Source of the DNA: a virus
Lineage: Duplodnaviria; Caudoviricetes
Virus record (IMG/VR): IMGVR_UViG_3300012984_000020
Coordinates: 1-53,627 of that record
Length of the DNA stretch: 53,627 nt
Reading direction: 5' to 3' (one strand)
Position 1 is the stretch's first letter, and every line of letters begins with the position of its first letter. The notes under the pieces were generated by a model. That model had not been told where the DNA came from and made no database searches. It worked only from the letters and a program-made list of their open reading frames with translations. Shown in pieces: positions 1-8,755 of the stretch. A program made the position numbers and the translations under genes.

Positions 1-943
1 CAATCCCGACGTGGCGTTCGATACGGCATGGAAATACATGCAGGTCGGCCCGCTGCAGCGGCTGATGCCGGGCGGGGCGATCGTCATGATCGGCACGCGC
101 TGGGGCAAGAAAGACCCCATCGGACGCGCCTTGTCGTGGGCGCAGGAGAACGCCGAGAGCCTGCCCTGGAACGAGGTGCGGTTCCCGGCCATCCTCCCCA
201 GCGGGAAGAGCTTGTGGCCCGAGCAGTGGCCCGTCGAGCAGCTGCTCGCCAAGAAGGCCGGCATGCAGCCCCAGTACTGGGCGGCCCAGTACGTGCAGGA
301 GCCGCACCATGAAGAAGGGGCTCTCCTGAAACGCGACTGGTGGCAGCTGTGGCCCAAGGACAAGCCACCGGCCGTGCACTACGTGATCCAGTCGTGGGAC
401 ACGGCGCACGACACCAAGACGACCAACGATTACAGCGCGTGCACGACCTGGGGTGTGTGGTTCAACGAGATCACCAACCGGGACGAGATCATCCTGATGG
501 ATGCCATCCGCGGCCGGTGGGAGTTTCCGCAGCTGAAGGAGAAGGCCCAGGCCCACTACAGGGACTGGGAGCCGGACGAACTCATCATCGAGAAGAAGGC
601 ATCAGGCGGCCCGCTGATACAGGAGTTCCGCCAGGGCGGTACGCCGGTGACGGAGGTCACGCCCAGTCGCGGCAAGGCCGGCACGTCTAACGATAAGCGT
701 GCACGGACCAACGCGGTCGCGCCGATCTTCGCTGACAAGATGGTCTGGGCGCCCGACCGGCGCTGGGCCAGCGAGGTCATCGAGGAGTGCAGCGAGTTCC
801 CCTACGGCGAGTTCGACGACAGGCACGACACGGTCACGCAGGCCATCCAGCGCTTCCGCAACGGCGGGTTCCTGCGCCTGTCCACCGACCCCCGAGACGA
901 CGAGGATGCGCTCACACGCCGCAGGCGGCGAGAATACTACTGA
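1..943 (+). CDS. terL: Terminase large subunit, 5'-truncated (end of ATPase domain plus nuclease domain)
   Basis: Motifs 'IVMIGTRW', 'LWPEQW', 'QSWDTA', 'DYSACTTWGV', 'IEKKASG' and 'FPYGEFDDRHD' are typical of the TerL C-terminal RNase H-like nuclease. The frame is open from the window edge and the gene precedes the portal. Confidence 0.92.
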   Translation, partial: NPDVAFDTAWKYMQVGPLQRLMPGGAIVMIGTRWGKKDPIGRALSWAQENAESLPWNEVRFPAILPSGKSLWPEQWPVEQLLAKKAGMQPQYWAAQYVQEPHHEEGALLKRDWWQLWPKDKPPAVHYVIQSWDTAHDTKTTNDYSACTTWGVWFNEITNRDEIILMDAIRGRWEFPQLKEKAQAHYRDWEPDELIIEKKASGGPLIQEFRQGGTPVTEVTPSRGKAGTSNDKRARTNAVAPIFADKMVWAPDRRWASEVIEECSEFPYGEFDDRHDTVTQAIQRFRNGGFLRLSTDPRDDEDALTRRRRREYY

Positions 944-969
944 GCCGCCCTCACCCCCAGGAGCCAACC

Positions 970-3546
970 ATGAACGTCGCCAAAAGCCTTTCTCTTGCCC
1001 CACAGGGCCTGTCCGCGCTCGCACCTGCGGCCAACGACGAGCCGCTGATCGAGATCGAGATCGTCGATGAAGCGGACTCGGACGACCCGGAGAGTGATGC
1101 CTTGGCGGCCGCGGCTGCGGCCTTGGAGCCCCCTGCGTTCGGCGACAACCTGCTCGACCTGATCGACGACCAAGACCTGTCGCGCCTCAACGGCGAGATG
1201 GATCAGTGGGTTGATGAGGACCGGCGCAGCCGGCAGGACTGGGAGGACACCTACCGCGAGGGTCTGAAACTGCTGGGCCTCAAGTACGAGGAGCGCATGG
1301 ACCCGTGGGAGAACGCCTGCGGCGTCACGCACCCCATGATTACCGAGGCGGTGGTGCGCTTCCAGTCCGAGACCATCATGGAGACCTTCCCCGCGGCCGG
1401 GCCGGTCGCCATCAAGATCATCGGGGAAGAAACACTACAGAAGAAAGAGGCCGGCGCGCGCGTCAAGGCCGAGATGAACTACCAGCTGACCGAGAAGATG
1501 ATCGAGTTCCGCAGCGAGCACGAGAAGATGCTGTGGAACTTGTCACCCGTCGGCTGCGCGTTCAAGAAGGTCTACTTCGACCCGATGCTGGGCCGGCAGG
1601 CCAGCACCTTCGTGCCGGCCGAGGACATCATCATGCCCTACGGTGCATCGAACGTGTATTCGGCTGAGCGCGTGACGCACCGCATGCGCAAGACCGAGAC
1701 CGAGATGGAGGCGCTGATCGCCGCGGGCTTCTACAGCGACAAGGCCATGCTTGGCACGCCCATGCGCATCTTGGACGAGATTCAGGAGGCCAAGGACAAG
1801 GAGACCGGCTTCAGCAACCTCACGTCCGAGGGCTACGAGGTCTATGAGATGCAGGTCTCGATGGTGTTCGAGGGCCTGGAGGAAGACGACCTGCCGCGGC
1901 CCTACGTCATCAGCAAGATTCGCGGCGGCGACATGCTGTCGATCCGCCGGAACTGGGAGGAGAACGACAAGCTGCCGCTGCGCCGCCAGCACTTCGTCCA
2001 GTACGACTACATCCCCGGCTTCGGCCCCTACGGTTACGGCCTGTTCCACCTGATCGGTGGGTATGCCAAGTCGGCCACCAGCCTGCTGCGCCAGCTGATC
2101 GACGCCGGCACGCTCAGCAACCTCCCCGGTGGCTTGAAGACCAAAGGTCTCAGGATTAAGGGGGACGACGTGCCCATCTCCCCCGGCGAGTGGCGCGACG
2201 TGGACATCCCCTCGGGTGTGCTCAAGGACAACGTGATGCCGCTCCCCTACAAGGAGCCCAGCATCGTGCTGGCGGGCCTGTTGGACAAGCTGATCGAGGA
2301 CGGCCGGCGGCTGCCGGGCACGGCCGACATGAAGATCAGCGACATGTCCGCACAGACCCCGGTGGGCACCACGCTGGCCCTGCTGGAGCGCCAGCTGAAG
2401 GTGATGTCCGCCGTCCAGGCCCGCACGCACAACAGCCTCAAGATCGAGTTGAAGCTCATCAAGGGCGTCATCCGCGACAGCGGCGACGACGACTACAGCT
2501 ACGAGACGACGGCGCCGGTGCCGGGCTCCAAGCAGGCCGACTTCATGCTGGTGGACATCATCCCGGTGAGCGACCCGAGCGCCGCCACGATGAGCCAGCG
2601 GGTCGTGCAGTACCAAGCCGCCATCCAGCTGTCGGCCCAGGCCCCGCAGGTCTACGACCTCCCCGAGTTGCACCGCGGCATGCTGGAGGTGCTGGGCATC
2701 AAGAACGCCGCCAAGCTGGTGCCGCTCAAGCAGGAGGCCGTGCCGACGGACCCGGTCAGCGAGAACATGAACGTGCTGATGGGCAAGCCCGTCAAGGCGT
2801 TCATGCCCCAGGATCACGGTGCCCACCTCGCCGTGCACCAAGCCATGCTGCAAGACCCGGTGGTCATGCAGTCGCTGGGCCAGAACCCGCAGGCCCCGAT
2901 GCTGATGCAGGCCATGCAGGCGCACATCGCCGAGCACGTCGCCTACCAGTACCGCCAGCAGGTCGAGCAGGCGATGGGTCAGCCGCTGCCCGATCCGGGT
3001 CAAGCGATGGCCCCAGAACAAGAACAAGCTCTCGCGGCTGCAATGGCACAAGCAGCGCAACAAGTGGCGCAGCAGCACCAGCAGCAGGCCCAGGCCCAGC
3101 AGGCGCAGCAACAGCAGCAAGACCCGATGTACCAGCTGCAGGTGCGCGCGCTGGATCAGCGCGATCGGGAGCTTGGAATCAAGGAAAACGAGATGAAGGT
3201 CAAGGCCACCAACATGGCCGACCAGACCGAGCTTGGCGAGAAGAAGCTGGCCGTGGACGCCGCCGACAAGGCCGACAAGATCGACCTCCAGGCCGCGAAG
3301 CTGCGGCAGGCCGGCGAGCTTGGCGAGCAGCAGGTCGAGGTCAAGGCCCTGCAGGTGGGCATGATGGGCCGCGCCCAGGATCAGCAGCTGCTGGCCCAGG
3401 ACCGGGCGAACGCCGAGCGCGAGGTCAACGAGATGCAGGCCGAGCACGACGCCAACGACATCGGCGAGAGCGGTGGCCCGGCGCCGACCAAGAAGCCAGC
3501 CGAGCCGGCCGAGCCCGCAGCCCCGGCTGAAGGAGCGGCCGAATGA
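970..3546 (+). CDS. Portal protein (P22-like, long Gln-rich C-terminal barrel)
   Basis: ATG 970 after AGGAG. Motifs 'PWENACGVTHP', 'FKKVYFDP', 'LLRQLIDAGTLSNLPGG', 'PLPYKEPS'. Located after terL; Gln-rich coiled C-terminus. Confidence 0.88.
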   Translation: MNVAKSLSLAPQGLSALAPAANDEPLIEIEIVDEADSDDPESDALAAAAAALEPPAFGDNLLDLIDDQDLSRLNGEMDQWVDEDRRSRQDWEDTYREGLKLLGLKYEERMDPWENACGVTHPMITEAVVRFQSETIMETFPAAGPVAIKIIGEETLQKKEAGARVKAEMNYQLTEKMIEFRSEHEKMLWNLSPVGCAFKKVYFDPMLGRQASTFVPAEDIIMPYGASNVYSAERVTHRMRKTETEMEALIAAGFYSDKAMLGTPMRILDEIQEAKDKETGFSNLTSEGYEVYEMQVSMVFEGLEEDDLPRPYVISKIRGGDMLSIRRNWEENDKLPLRRQHFVQYDYIPGFGPYGYGLFHLIGGYAKSATSLLRQLIDAGTLSNLPGGLKTKGLRIKGDDVPISPGEWRDVDIPSGVLKDNVMPLPYKEPSIVLAGLLDKLIEDGRRLPGTADMKISDMSAQTPVGTTLALLERQLKVMSAVQARTHNSLKIELKLIKGVIRDSGDDDYSYETTAPVPGSKQADFMLVDIIPVSDPSAATMSQRVVQYQAAIQLSAQAPQVYDLPELHRGMLEVLGIKNAAKLVPLKQEAVPTDPVSENMNVLMGKPVKAFMPQDHGAHLAVHQAMLQDPVVMQSLGQNPQAPMLMQAMQAHIAEHVAYQYRQQVEQAMGQPLPDPGQAMAPEQEQALAAAMAQAAQQVAQQHQQQAQAQQAQQQQQDPMYQLQVRALDQRDRELGIKENEMKVKATNMADQTELGEKKLAVDAADKADKIDLQAAKLRQAGELGEQQVEVKALQVGMMGRAQDQQLLAQDRANAEREVNEMQAEHDANDIGESGGPAPTKKPAEPAEPAAPAEGAAE

Positions 3547-3758
3547 AGGATCAGCCACCGCGCAACGGTGCAGAATTACACAACGCGCTGAAGGAGGAAA
3601 TCCAGATGCGCGCAGATGCTTTGGTCCGCGGTTCGCCGAAGGACTATGCGGAGTATCAAAAACTCGTCGGGGTGATCTCGGGTCTAAGCCTCGCCGAGCA
3701 AATGCTGAAAGACCTGCTGGAAAGAGACAACGATGACGACGGTTATAGCCCCACCTGA
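3543..3758 (+). CDS. Small head-module protein
   Basis: ATGA overlap with the portal stop; 71-aa helical protein ('DYAEYQKLVGVISGL'). Confidence 0.7.
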   Translation: MKDQPPRNGAELHNALKEEIQMRADALVRGSPKDYAEYQKLVGVISGLSLAEQMLKDLLERDNDDDGYSPT

Positions 3759-4164
3759 AGGACTGATTCTCCCGCCCGGGATTCAACGCATCAACGAGCC
3801 CGACGCCGACGCCACCGACGAGCAGAAGGCCAGTGCGCTGCCGGTGCCCACCGGCTTCCGCATCCTGTGCATCGTGCCCGCCGCCAAGGACGTGCACGAC
3901 GACTCGGTGATCCTGAAGGCTAAGCAGACGATGGAGGACGAGGAGAGCGGCACCACGGTGCTGTTCGTGCTCGCCGTCGGTCCTGACGCCTACAAAGACC
4001 CGGCGCGCTTCCCCAGCGGGCCGTGGTGCAAGGCCGGCGACTTCATCTTGGTGCGGCGCTACGCCGGCACCAAGTTCAAGATTTTCGGCAAACGCTTCAG
4101 GGTCATCAACGATGACCAAGTCGAGTGTGTCGTGTCCGATCCCCGTGGCGTTGAAGGAGCATAA
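3733..4164 (+). CDS. groES: GroES/Cpn10-like co-chaperonin
   Basis: 'PTGFRILC...VLAVGPDAY...CKAGDFILVRRYAGTKF...RVINDDQVECVV' follows the Cpn10 pattern. Confidence 0.85.
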   Translation: MTTVIAPPEGLILPPGIQRINEPDADATDEQKASALPVPTGFRILCIVPAAKDVHDDSVILKAKQTMEDEESGTTVLFVLAVGPDAYKDPARFPSGPWCKAGDFILVRRYAGTKFKIFGKRFRVINDDQVECVVSDPRGVEGA

Positions 4165-4166
4165 CC

Positions 4167-5153
4167 ATGCCGAACCCCAAGCAAGACGATGACGAAGAGA
4201 TCACCATCATCGACGGTGCTGATGGCACTCACCGGGCCAACGGCAAGGCCGCGGCCGCCGAGGACGAGATCGAGATCATCGATGACACCCCCGAGAAGGA
4301 CCGGGGTCGCAAGCCCCTGGACCGCGAGGTCAAAGACCCGGATGACGAGGAACTGGCCCAGTACTCGGCCGGCGTCAAGGGCCGCATCAGCGAGTTGACG
4401 CATGCACGGCACGATGAACGGCGTGCAAGGGAGGCGGCAGAACGGGAACGGGATGAAGCCGTCCGTGCCTCCCAGGCCCTGCTGGCGCAGAACCGCCAGC
4501 TGGCCCAGCGCACGACCAACGGCGAGACCCACCTCATCGCCGCGTCCAAGGCGGCCGCCGAGGCGGCAGTCGAGGCCGCGCGCGGGAAGCTGCGTGCCGC
4601 CAAGGAGGCGTTCGATACCGACGCCGAGATGGCCGCCAACGAGGAACTGCTGGAGGCCAAGATCAGGGTGCGCGAGGTCGAGCGCTTCAAGCCGCCCCCT
4701 GTACAGAAGGCCGAGGATGTTGTACAACTCGCGCCTATACAGGCCCAGTCTGACCCGGTTGACCAAAAGACGCTGCGCTGGCAGGCAAAAAACCAGTGGT
4801 TCGGGACAGACGGCAACGAGGAAATGACCAGCTTCGCGCTCGGGCTTCATCAGAAGCTCGTGAAAGCCGGCGTTGATCCTCGCTCTGACGAGTACTTCCA
4901 GAAAGTCGATGGCCGACTGCACGAGGTCTTCCCCGATTTCTTCGGCGAGAAGGCAGCGCGCGACGAGCCCGACGACCGCTCCCAGCAGCGCACCCAACAG
5001 CGCACCAGCCCCGTGGCCTCCGCGTCACGTTCGGCAGCAGGTGTGACCAAAGTCCGGCTTACCCAGTCGCAACTCTCGCTGGCTAAGAAGTTCGGCATCA
5101 CACCCCAACAATATGCGCAAGAAGTCGCCAAACTGGAGCAGAAAAATGGCTGA
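4167..5153 (+). CDS. Capsid scaffolding protein (putative)
   Basis: Acidic N-terminus, long coiled coil, 'WQAKNQWFG', C-terminal 'VRLTQSQLSLAKKFGITPQQYA'. Lies between portal and capsid genes. Confidence 0.7.
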   Translation: MPNPKQDDDEEITIIDGADGTHRANGKAAAAEDEIEIIDDTPEKDRGRKPLDREVKDPDDEELAQYSAGVKGRISELTHARHDERRAREAAERERDEAVRASQALLAQNRQLAQRTTNGETHLIAASKAAAEAAVEAARGKLRAAKEAFDTDAEMAANEELLEAKIRVREVERFKPPPVQKAEDVVQLAPIQAQSDPVDQKTLRWQAKNQWFGTDGNEEMTSFALGLHQKLVKAGVDPRSDEYFQKVDGRLHEVFPDFFGEKAARDEPDDRSQQRTQQRTSPVASASRSAAGVTKVRLTQSQLSLAKKFGITPQQYAQEVAKLEQKNG

Positions 5154-5598
5154 AACTCGTACCCCCCGCGAGCAAGACACTCGCGCAGAAGAAGCTCGTG
5201 AGGAGTCCTACATCCCCCCGAGCACCTTGCCAGTGCCGAACCCCGAACCAGGGTTCAGCTTTCACTGGGTTGCCACGCACGTTTTGGGCGCGGCGGACCC
5301 CACCAACGTCAGCATGAAGCTGCGCGACGGTTGGGTGCCGGTGAAGGCAGCAGACCATCCCGAGATGCAGATCGCCGGCAGTGCCGGCAGCGGCAACATC
5401 GAGATCGGTGGGCTGATGCTGTGCAAGATGCCCACGAAACGGTATCTGGCCCGCAAGGCTTACTACGAGGCGCAAGCCCGTCAGCAGATGCAGTCGGTGG
5501 ACACGGCTCTCATGAAGAACAACGACCCTCGCATGCCCATCTTCGTGGAACGCAAGTCCAAGACGACGCGCGGCGAGACTTTCGGCAACGGCTCTTAA
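5146..5598 (+). CDS. Head-module protein of unknown function
   Basis: ATG 5146 overlaps the scaffold end; 'KLRDGWVPVKA...IEIGGLMLCKMP'. Confidence 0.7.
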   Translation: MAETRTPREQDTRAEEAREESYIPPSTLPVPNPEPGFSFHWVATHVLGAADPTNVSMKLRDGWVPVKAADHPEMQIAGSAGSGNIEIGGLMLCKMPTKRYLARKAYYEAQARQQMQSVDTALMKNNDPRMPIFVERKSKTTRGETFGNGS

Positions 5599-5610
5599 AG
5601 GAGACAGTCA

Positions 5611-6216
5611 ATGTCTGCTATTGCTACCCCCTACGGGCTTCGCCCCGTAAAGCGCATGGACGGCCTGCCCTATGCCGGCGCTGTCAGCGAGTTCGAGATC
5701 AACCCCGCGGGTCATGCGAACAACATCTTCAACGGCTCCATCGTGGCGCTGGACACCAATGGCTACATCGTCCTGATGACGGCCACGGGTGCTGACGCTG
5801 CGGCGAACGCATTCCCGGCCGGCACCATCGGTGTCGCCGTCGGTTTCGAGTTCGTCAACGCACAGGGCCAGCTGCAGTTCTCGCAGTACTACCCGGCCAA
5901 CTACGTCGCCCCCGTGGGCACGAAGATCAAGGCCAAGGTGGTTGCCGACCCCGACGTGCTGTTCCAGGGTCAGATGGACGGCCCGGCGCTGCAAGCATCG
6001 CTTGCCGCCAATACGTTCCTGGCCGCGGGTCAGACCTCGGCCTCGGGTAACGTGCGCACCGGCAATTCCAACGCAGCGTTGGAATCGACGGTCATCACGG
6101 GTGCCGCTGGCTTCCGTGTCGTCGCGCTCCTCTCGCCGCCAACCGACGCCTTCGGCGACGTGCTGGTGAAGTTCAACCCCGGCCAGCACAGCTATCTCAA
6201 CGCTGTCGGCATCTGA
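5611..6216 (+). CDS. Capsid decoration/auxiliary protein (putative)
   Basis: Strong SD (AAGGAG), beta-rich 201 aa, directly upstream of the major capsid gene. Confidence 0.6.
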   Translation: MSAIATPYGLRPVKRMDGLPYAGAVSEFEINPAGHANNIFNGSIVALDTNGYIVLMTATGADAAANAFPAGTIGVAVGFEFVNAQGQLQFSQYYPANYVAPVGTKIKAKVVADPDVLFQGQMDGPALQASLAANTFLAAGQTSASGNVRTGNSNAALESTVITGAAGFRVVALLSPPTDAFGDVLVKFNPGQHSYLNAVGI

Positions 6217-6228
6217 GGAGCACGCATC

Positions 6229-7158
6229 ATGGCAATCTCTCGTGCACAACTCATGAAGGAACTGCTCCCCGGGCTGAACGCCTTGTTCGGCCTGGAGTAC
6301 AAGCAGTATGCTGAAGAGCACAAGGAAATCTTCGACACCGAAAGCTCCGAGCGTTCGTTCGAGGAAGAAGTGAAGCTGTCGGGCTTCGGCGCCGCCCCGG
6401 TCAAGGCCGAAGGTGATGCGCTGTCGTACGACAACGCACAGGAAGCCTTCACGGCTCGATACGTCCACGAGACGATCGCGCTGGGCTTCAGCATCACGGA
6501 AGAAGCGGTCGAAGACAACCTCTATGACTCGCTGTCGGCGCGCTACACCAAGGCGCTGGCCCGTGCGATGGCCTACACCAAGCAGGTCAAGGCCGCGGCC
6601 GTGCTGAACAACGGCTTCAACGGCAACTTCGCTGGTGGCGACGGCGTCTCGCTGTTCGGCAACAACGCGGCGCTGGCCCGCGTCGGGCACCCGCTGGTGG
6701 GTGGTGGCGTCAACTTCAACAGCCCGCCGGTTGGCGTGGACCTGAACGAGACCGCGGTCGAGTCGGCGATCATCCAGATCGCAGCCTGGACCGATGAGCG
6801 CGGCCTGCTGATCGCAGCCAAGCCCCGCAAGATGATCGTGCCGCCGGGCCAGATGTTCAATGCTACGCGGCTGCTGCAGTCCGAGGGCCGCACCGCGACC
6901 GCGGACAACGACATCAACGCGATCCGCAATCTGTCGGCGATCCCCGGTGGCTATGGTGTGAACCACTTCCTGATGGACCCGAACAACTGGTTCATCAAGA
7001 CCGACGTGCCCAACGGCCTGAAGCACTTCAACCGTGTGGCGCTGAAGACCGGCATGGACGAGGACTTCGACACCGGCAACTGCCGCTACAAGGCCCGCGA
7101 GCGCTACAGTTTTGGTTGGTCGGACCCACTCGGAATCTGGGGCAGTAACCCAGCATAA
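6229..7158 (+). CDS. Major capsid protein (HK97 fold, Mu gpT-like)
   Basis: 'MAISRAQLMKELLPGLNALFG', 'SERSFEEEV', 'YKARERYSFGWSDP'. Strong SD, strongly biased codons, followed by a terminator. Confidence 0.9.
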   Translation: MAISRAQLMKELLPGLNALFGLEYKQYAEEHKEIFDTESSERSFEEEVKLSGFGAAPVKAEGDALSYDNAQEAFTARYVHETIALGFSITEEAVEDNLYDSLSARYTKALARAMAYTKQVKAAAVLNNGFNGNFAGGDGVSLFGNNAALARVGHPLVGGGVNFNSPPVGVDLNETAVESAIIQIAAWTDERGLLIAAKPRKMIVPPGQMFNATRLLQSEGRTATADNDINAIRNLSAIPGGYGVNHFLMDPNNWFIKTDVPNGLKHFNRVALKTGMDEDFDTGNCRYKARERYSFGWSDPLGIWGSNPA

Positions 7159-7175
7159 CAGGCTTTTAGCCCTGT

Positions 7176-7201
7176 AAAAGCCCCCGAATAGGGGGCTTTT
7201 T
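7176..7201 (+). terminator. Rho-independent terminator after the capsid gene (possibly bidirectional)
   Basis: AAAAGCCCCC-GAATA-GGGGGCTTTTT. Confidence 0.85.
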
Positions 7202-7213
7202 AACGTCCGTTTG

Positions 7214-7249
7214 TGTTACTATGTAGGCTGAACCACTTGGAGCCTACGT
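7214..7249 (+). promoter_or_regulatory. Extended -10 promoter plus SD/start-sequestering hairpin of the endonuclease gene
   Basis: TGtTACTAT at 7214-7222. The stem ATGTAGGCT (7221-7229)/AGCCTACGT (7241-7249) overlaps the GGAG SD and the GTG start. Confidence 0.55.
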
Positions 7250-8096
7250 GCACGTCATCTATCAAATCACCTGCACCGCGAACGGCAAGTTTTACATCGG
7301 CAGCACGGTCAACAAGGCCCAGCGTTGGAAGAAGCATCGCGGCGATCTCCGCAAGGGCATCCACAAGAACCGCAACATGCAGGCGTCGTGGAGCAAGTAC
7401 GGCGAAGATGCGTTCGTCTTCGTTGTGGTCGAGGAGGTGGCCGACCCGGTGCAGCTGATGGCAGCCGAACAGCGCCGGCTGGACGTATGCGTCGGCGATC
7501 CGCAGTGTTTCAACCACAACAAGTTCGCTGACGCACCGATGCGGGGGCTTTCTGGGCCAGACACGCCGAATTACGGGCGGCACTGGCCGCCCGAGGTGCG
7601 CGCCAAGATCAGCGCCAGTCTCAGCGGTGAGAAGCATCCGAACTGGGGTAAAGAGGCATCGCCCGAGGTGCGCGCAGCGCTCGCCAAAGCCAACGAGACA
7701 AACCCCTGGCGCGGCGCGGAGCACACCCCCGAGGCCAAGGCGAAGATCGGCGAAGCTGGCCGTGGCCGCCCTCAGTCGCTGCAGACACGCGCCAAGCGCA
7801 GCGCCACGCTGCAGGGGCATGAGGTCAGCACGCTGACGCGGTTGAAGATCAGCCAGTCGCTGCAGGGCGAGGGCAACTTCTGGTACGGCAAGAAGCGCGG
7901 CGCCGAGTTCAGCGCCAAGGTGTCCCGCCCCATCGTCGCCACCAACCCCGCCGGCTTGGAGTTCACCTATCCGAGCATCACGCGGCTGCGCGAGGTGCTG
8001 GACATGACGCCGACGACGATCAACCGGGCTTTGAAGGCGGGCGAACCCTTGACACGCGGGCCGCGATCGGGCTGGAGCTTCCGGTACGCGACGTAG
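7248..8096 (+). CDS. Free-standing GIY-YIG homing endonuclease with NUMOD3 repeats
   Basis: N-terminal 'VIYQITCTANGKFYIGS...RWKKH'. NUMOD3-like units 'RAKISASLSGEKHPNWGK' and 'RLKISQSLQGEGNFWYGKK'; C-terminal HTH-like segment. Confidence 0.9.
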   Translation: MHVIYQITCTANGKFYIGSTVNKAQRWKKHRGDLRKGIHKNRNMQASWSKYGEDAFVFVVVEEVADPVQLMAAEQRRLDVCVGDPQCFNHNKFADAPMRGLSGPDTPNYGRHWPPEVRAKISASLSGEKHPNWGKEASPEVRAALAKANETNPWRGAEHTPEAKAKIGEAGRGRPQSLQTRAKRSATLQGHEVSTLTRLKISQSLQGEGNFWYGKKRGAEFSAKVSRPIVATNPAGLEFTYPSITRLREVLDMTPTTINRALKAGEPLTRGPRSGWSFRYAT

Positions 8097-8117
8097 GGGC
8101 GTACACTCGGCGCGTTA

Positions 8118-8195
8118 CCGGGAATACACACCATCACGCCACGACTGGCCCGGCAGACGACATGCAGACGGGCGTGCATCACTCGCATGTGAGGA
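8118..8195 (+). ncRNA. Candidate structured RNA (chained pseudoknots) in a 5' leader
   Basis: Interleaved stems CCGGG(8118-22)/CCCGG(8149-53), CACGCC(8135-40)/GGCGTG(8171-76), ACATGC(8160-65)/GCATGT(8185-90). The last abuts the SD GAGGA. Confidence 0.5.
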
Positions 8196-8199
8196 AACT

Positions 8200-8460
8200 A
8201 TGAGCCGCACAACCTTCTCAGGGCCTATTCGCTCGCTCGCCGGATTCGAGGGTCAAATCCTCCCGCCAGCCAGCGGTGGCGTTGCCGGCCCCGGTGTCAT
8301 CTTCACCGCCGTCCCCTCCGCCAGCCTGCCCGCACCCACCCCGGCCCTGGCCGGCGGCGTGATGATGGTGTTCGACAACGGCGCGGGCAACAATGAATGG
8401 TGCCTCGTCATCTGCACCGGCGCGGCGTGGGTGACGGCCACCGGCCAAGCGCTGACATAA
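8200..8460 (+). CDS. Small virion protein, putative head fibre/decoration with a 'TTFSGP' N-terminus
   Basis: SD GAGGA; N-terminus MSRTTFSGPI; C-terminal 'LVICTGAAWV'. Confidence 0.6.
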   Translation: MSRTTFSGPIRSLAGFEGQILPPASGGVAGPGVIFTAVPSASLPAPTPALAGGVMMVFDNGAGNNEWCLVICTGAAWVTATGQALT

Positions 8461-8470
8461 GGGGGTCCGC

Positions 8471-8746
8471 ATGGACACCGAAGTCACAGCCGTACGCATT
8501 GCCGGCGTTGCCAGCGGCCCGCTCTTTACGGGCCGCACCCGGCTCAAGGGCGTCGTCTTCTGCGCCACCGGCGCGGGCCAGCTGGAACTGCGCGACGGCA
8601 TCACCAACGCAGGCCCGGTGAAGCTGCTGCTCGATGTCGTGGCCGGCACGGGTGACGTGCAGATTCCCGGCGGCATCGTCTTCAAGGACGGCGTCTACGC
8701 CACCAGCAGCGGCCTGTTCGTCTCGGCCAACCTCTTGCTCGGCTAG
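8471..8746 (+). CDS. Small structural protein
   Basis: 'RTRLKGV...QIPGGIVFKDGVY'; late-operon position. Confidence 0.65.
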   Translation: MDTEVTAVRIAGVASGPLFTGRTRLKGVVFCATGAGQLELRDGITNAGPVKLLLDVVAGTGDVQIPGGIVFKDGVYATSSGLFVSANLLLG

Positions 8747-8755
8747 GAGCGCATC

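Noticed and set aside
2990-3125. CAG-rich repeats in the portal gene (also about 25180-25260)
   Set aside because: They encode Gln/Ala-rich coiled coils and are not an independent DNA repeat.
1543-4119. Long antisense ORFs (858 aa here; also 16712-18667, 21201-24488, 35499-37238)
   Set aside because: Shadow frames of GC-rich genes with strong codon bias; no motifs, and they lie opposite well-supported genes.
7158-8200. Group I intron around the GIY-YIG gene
   Set aside because: The capsid gene ends intact with a stop and terminator, no second exon is evident, and the flanks are too short for an intron core.
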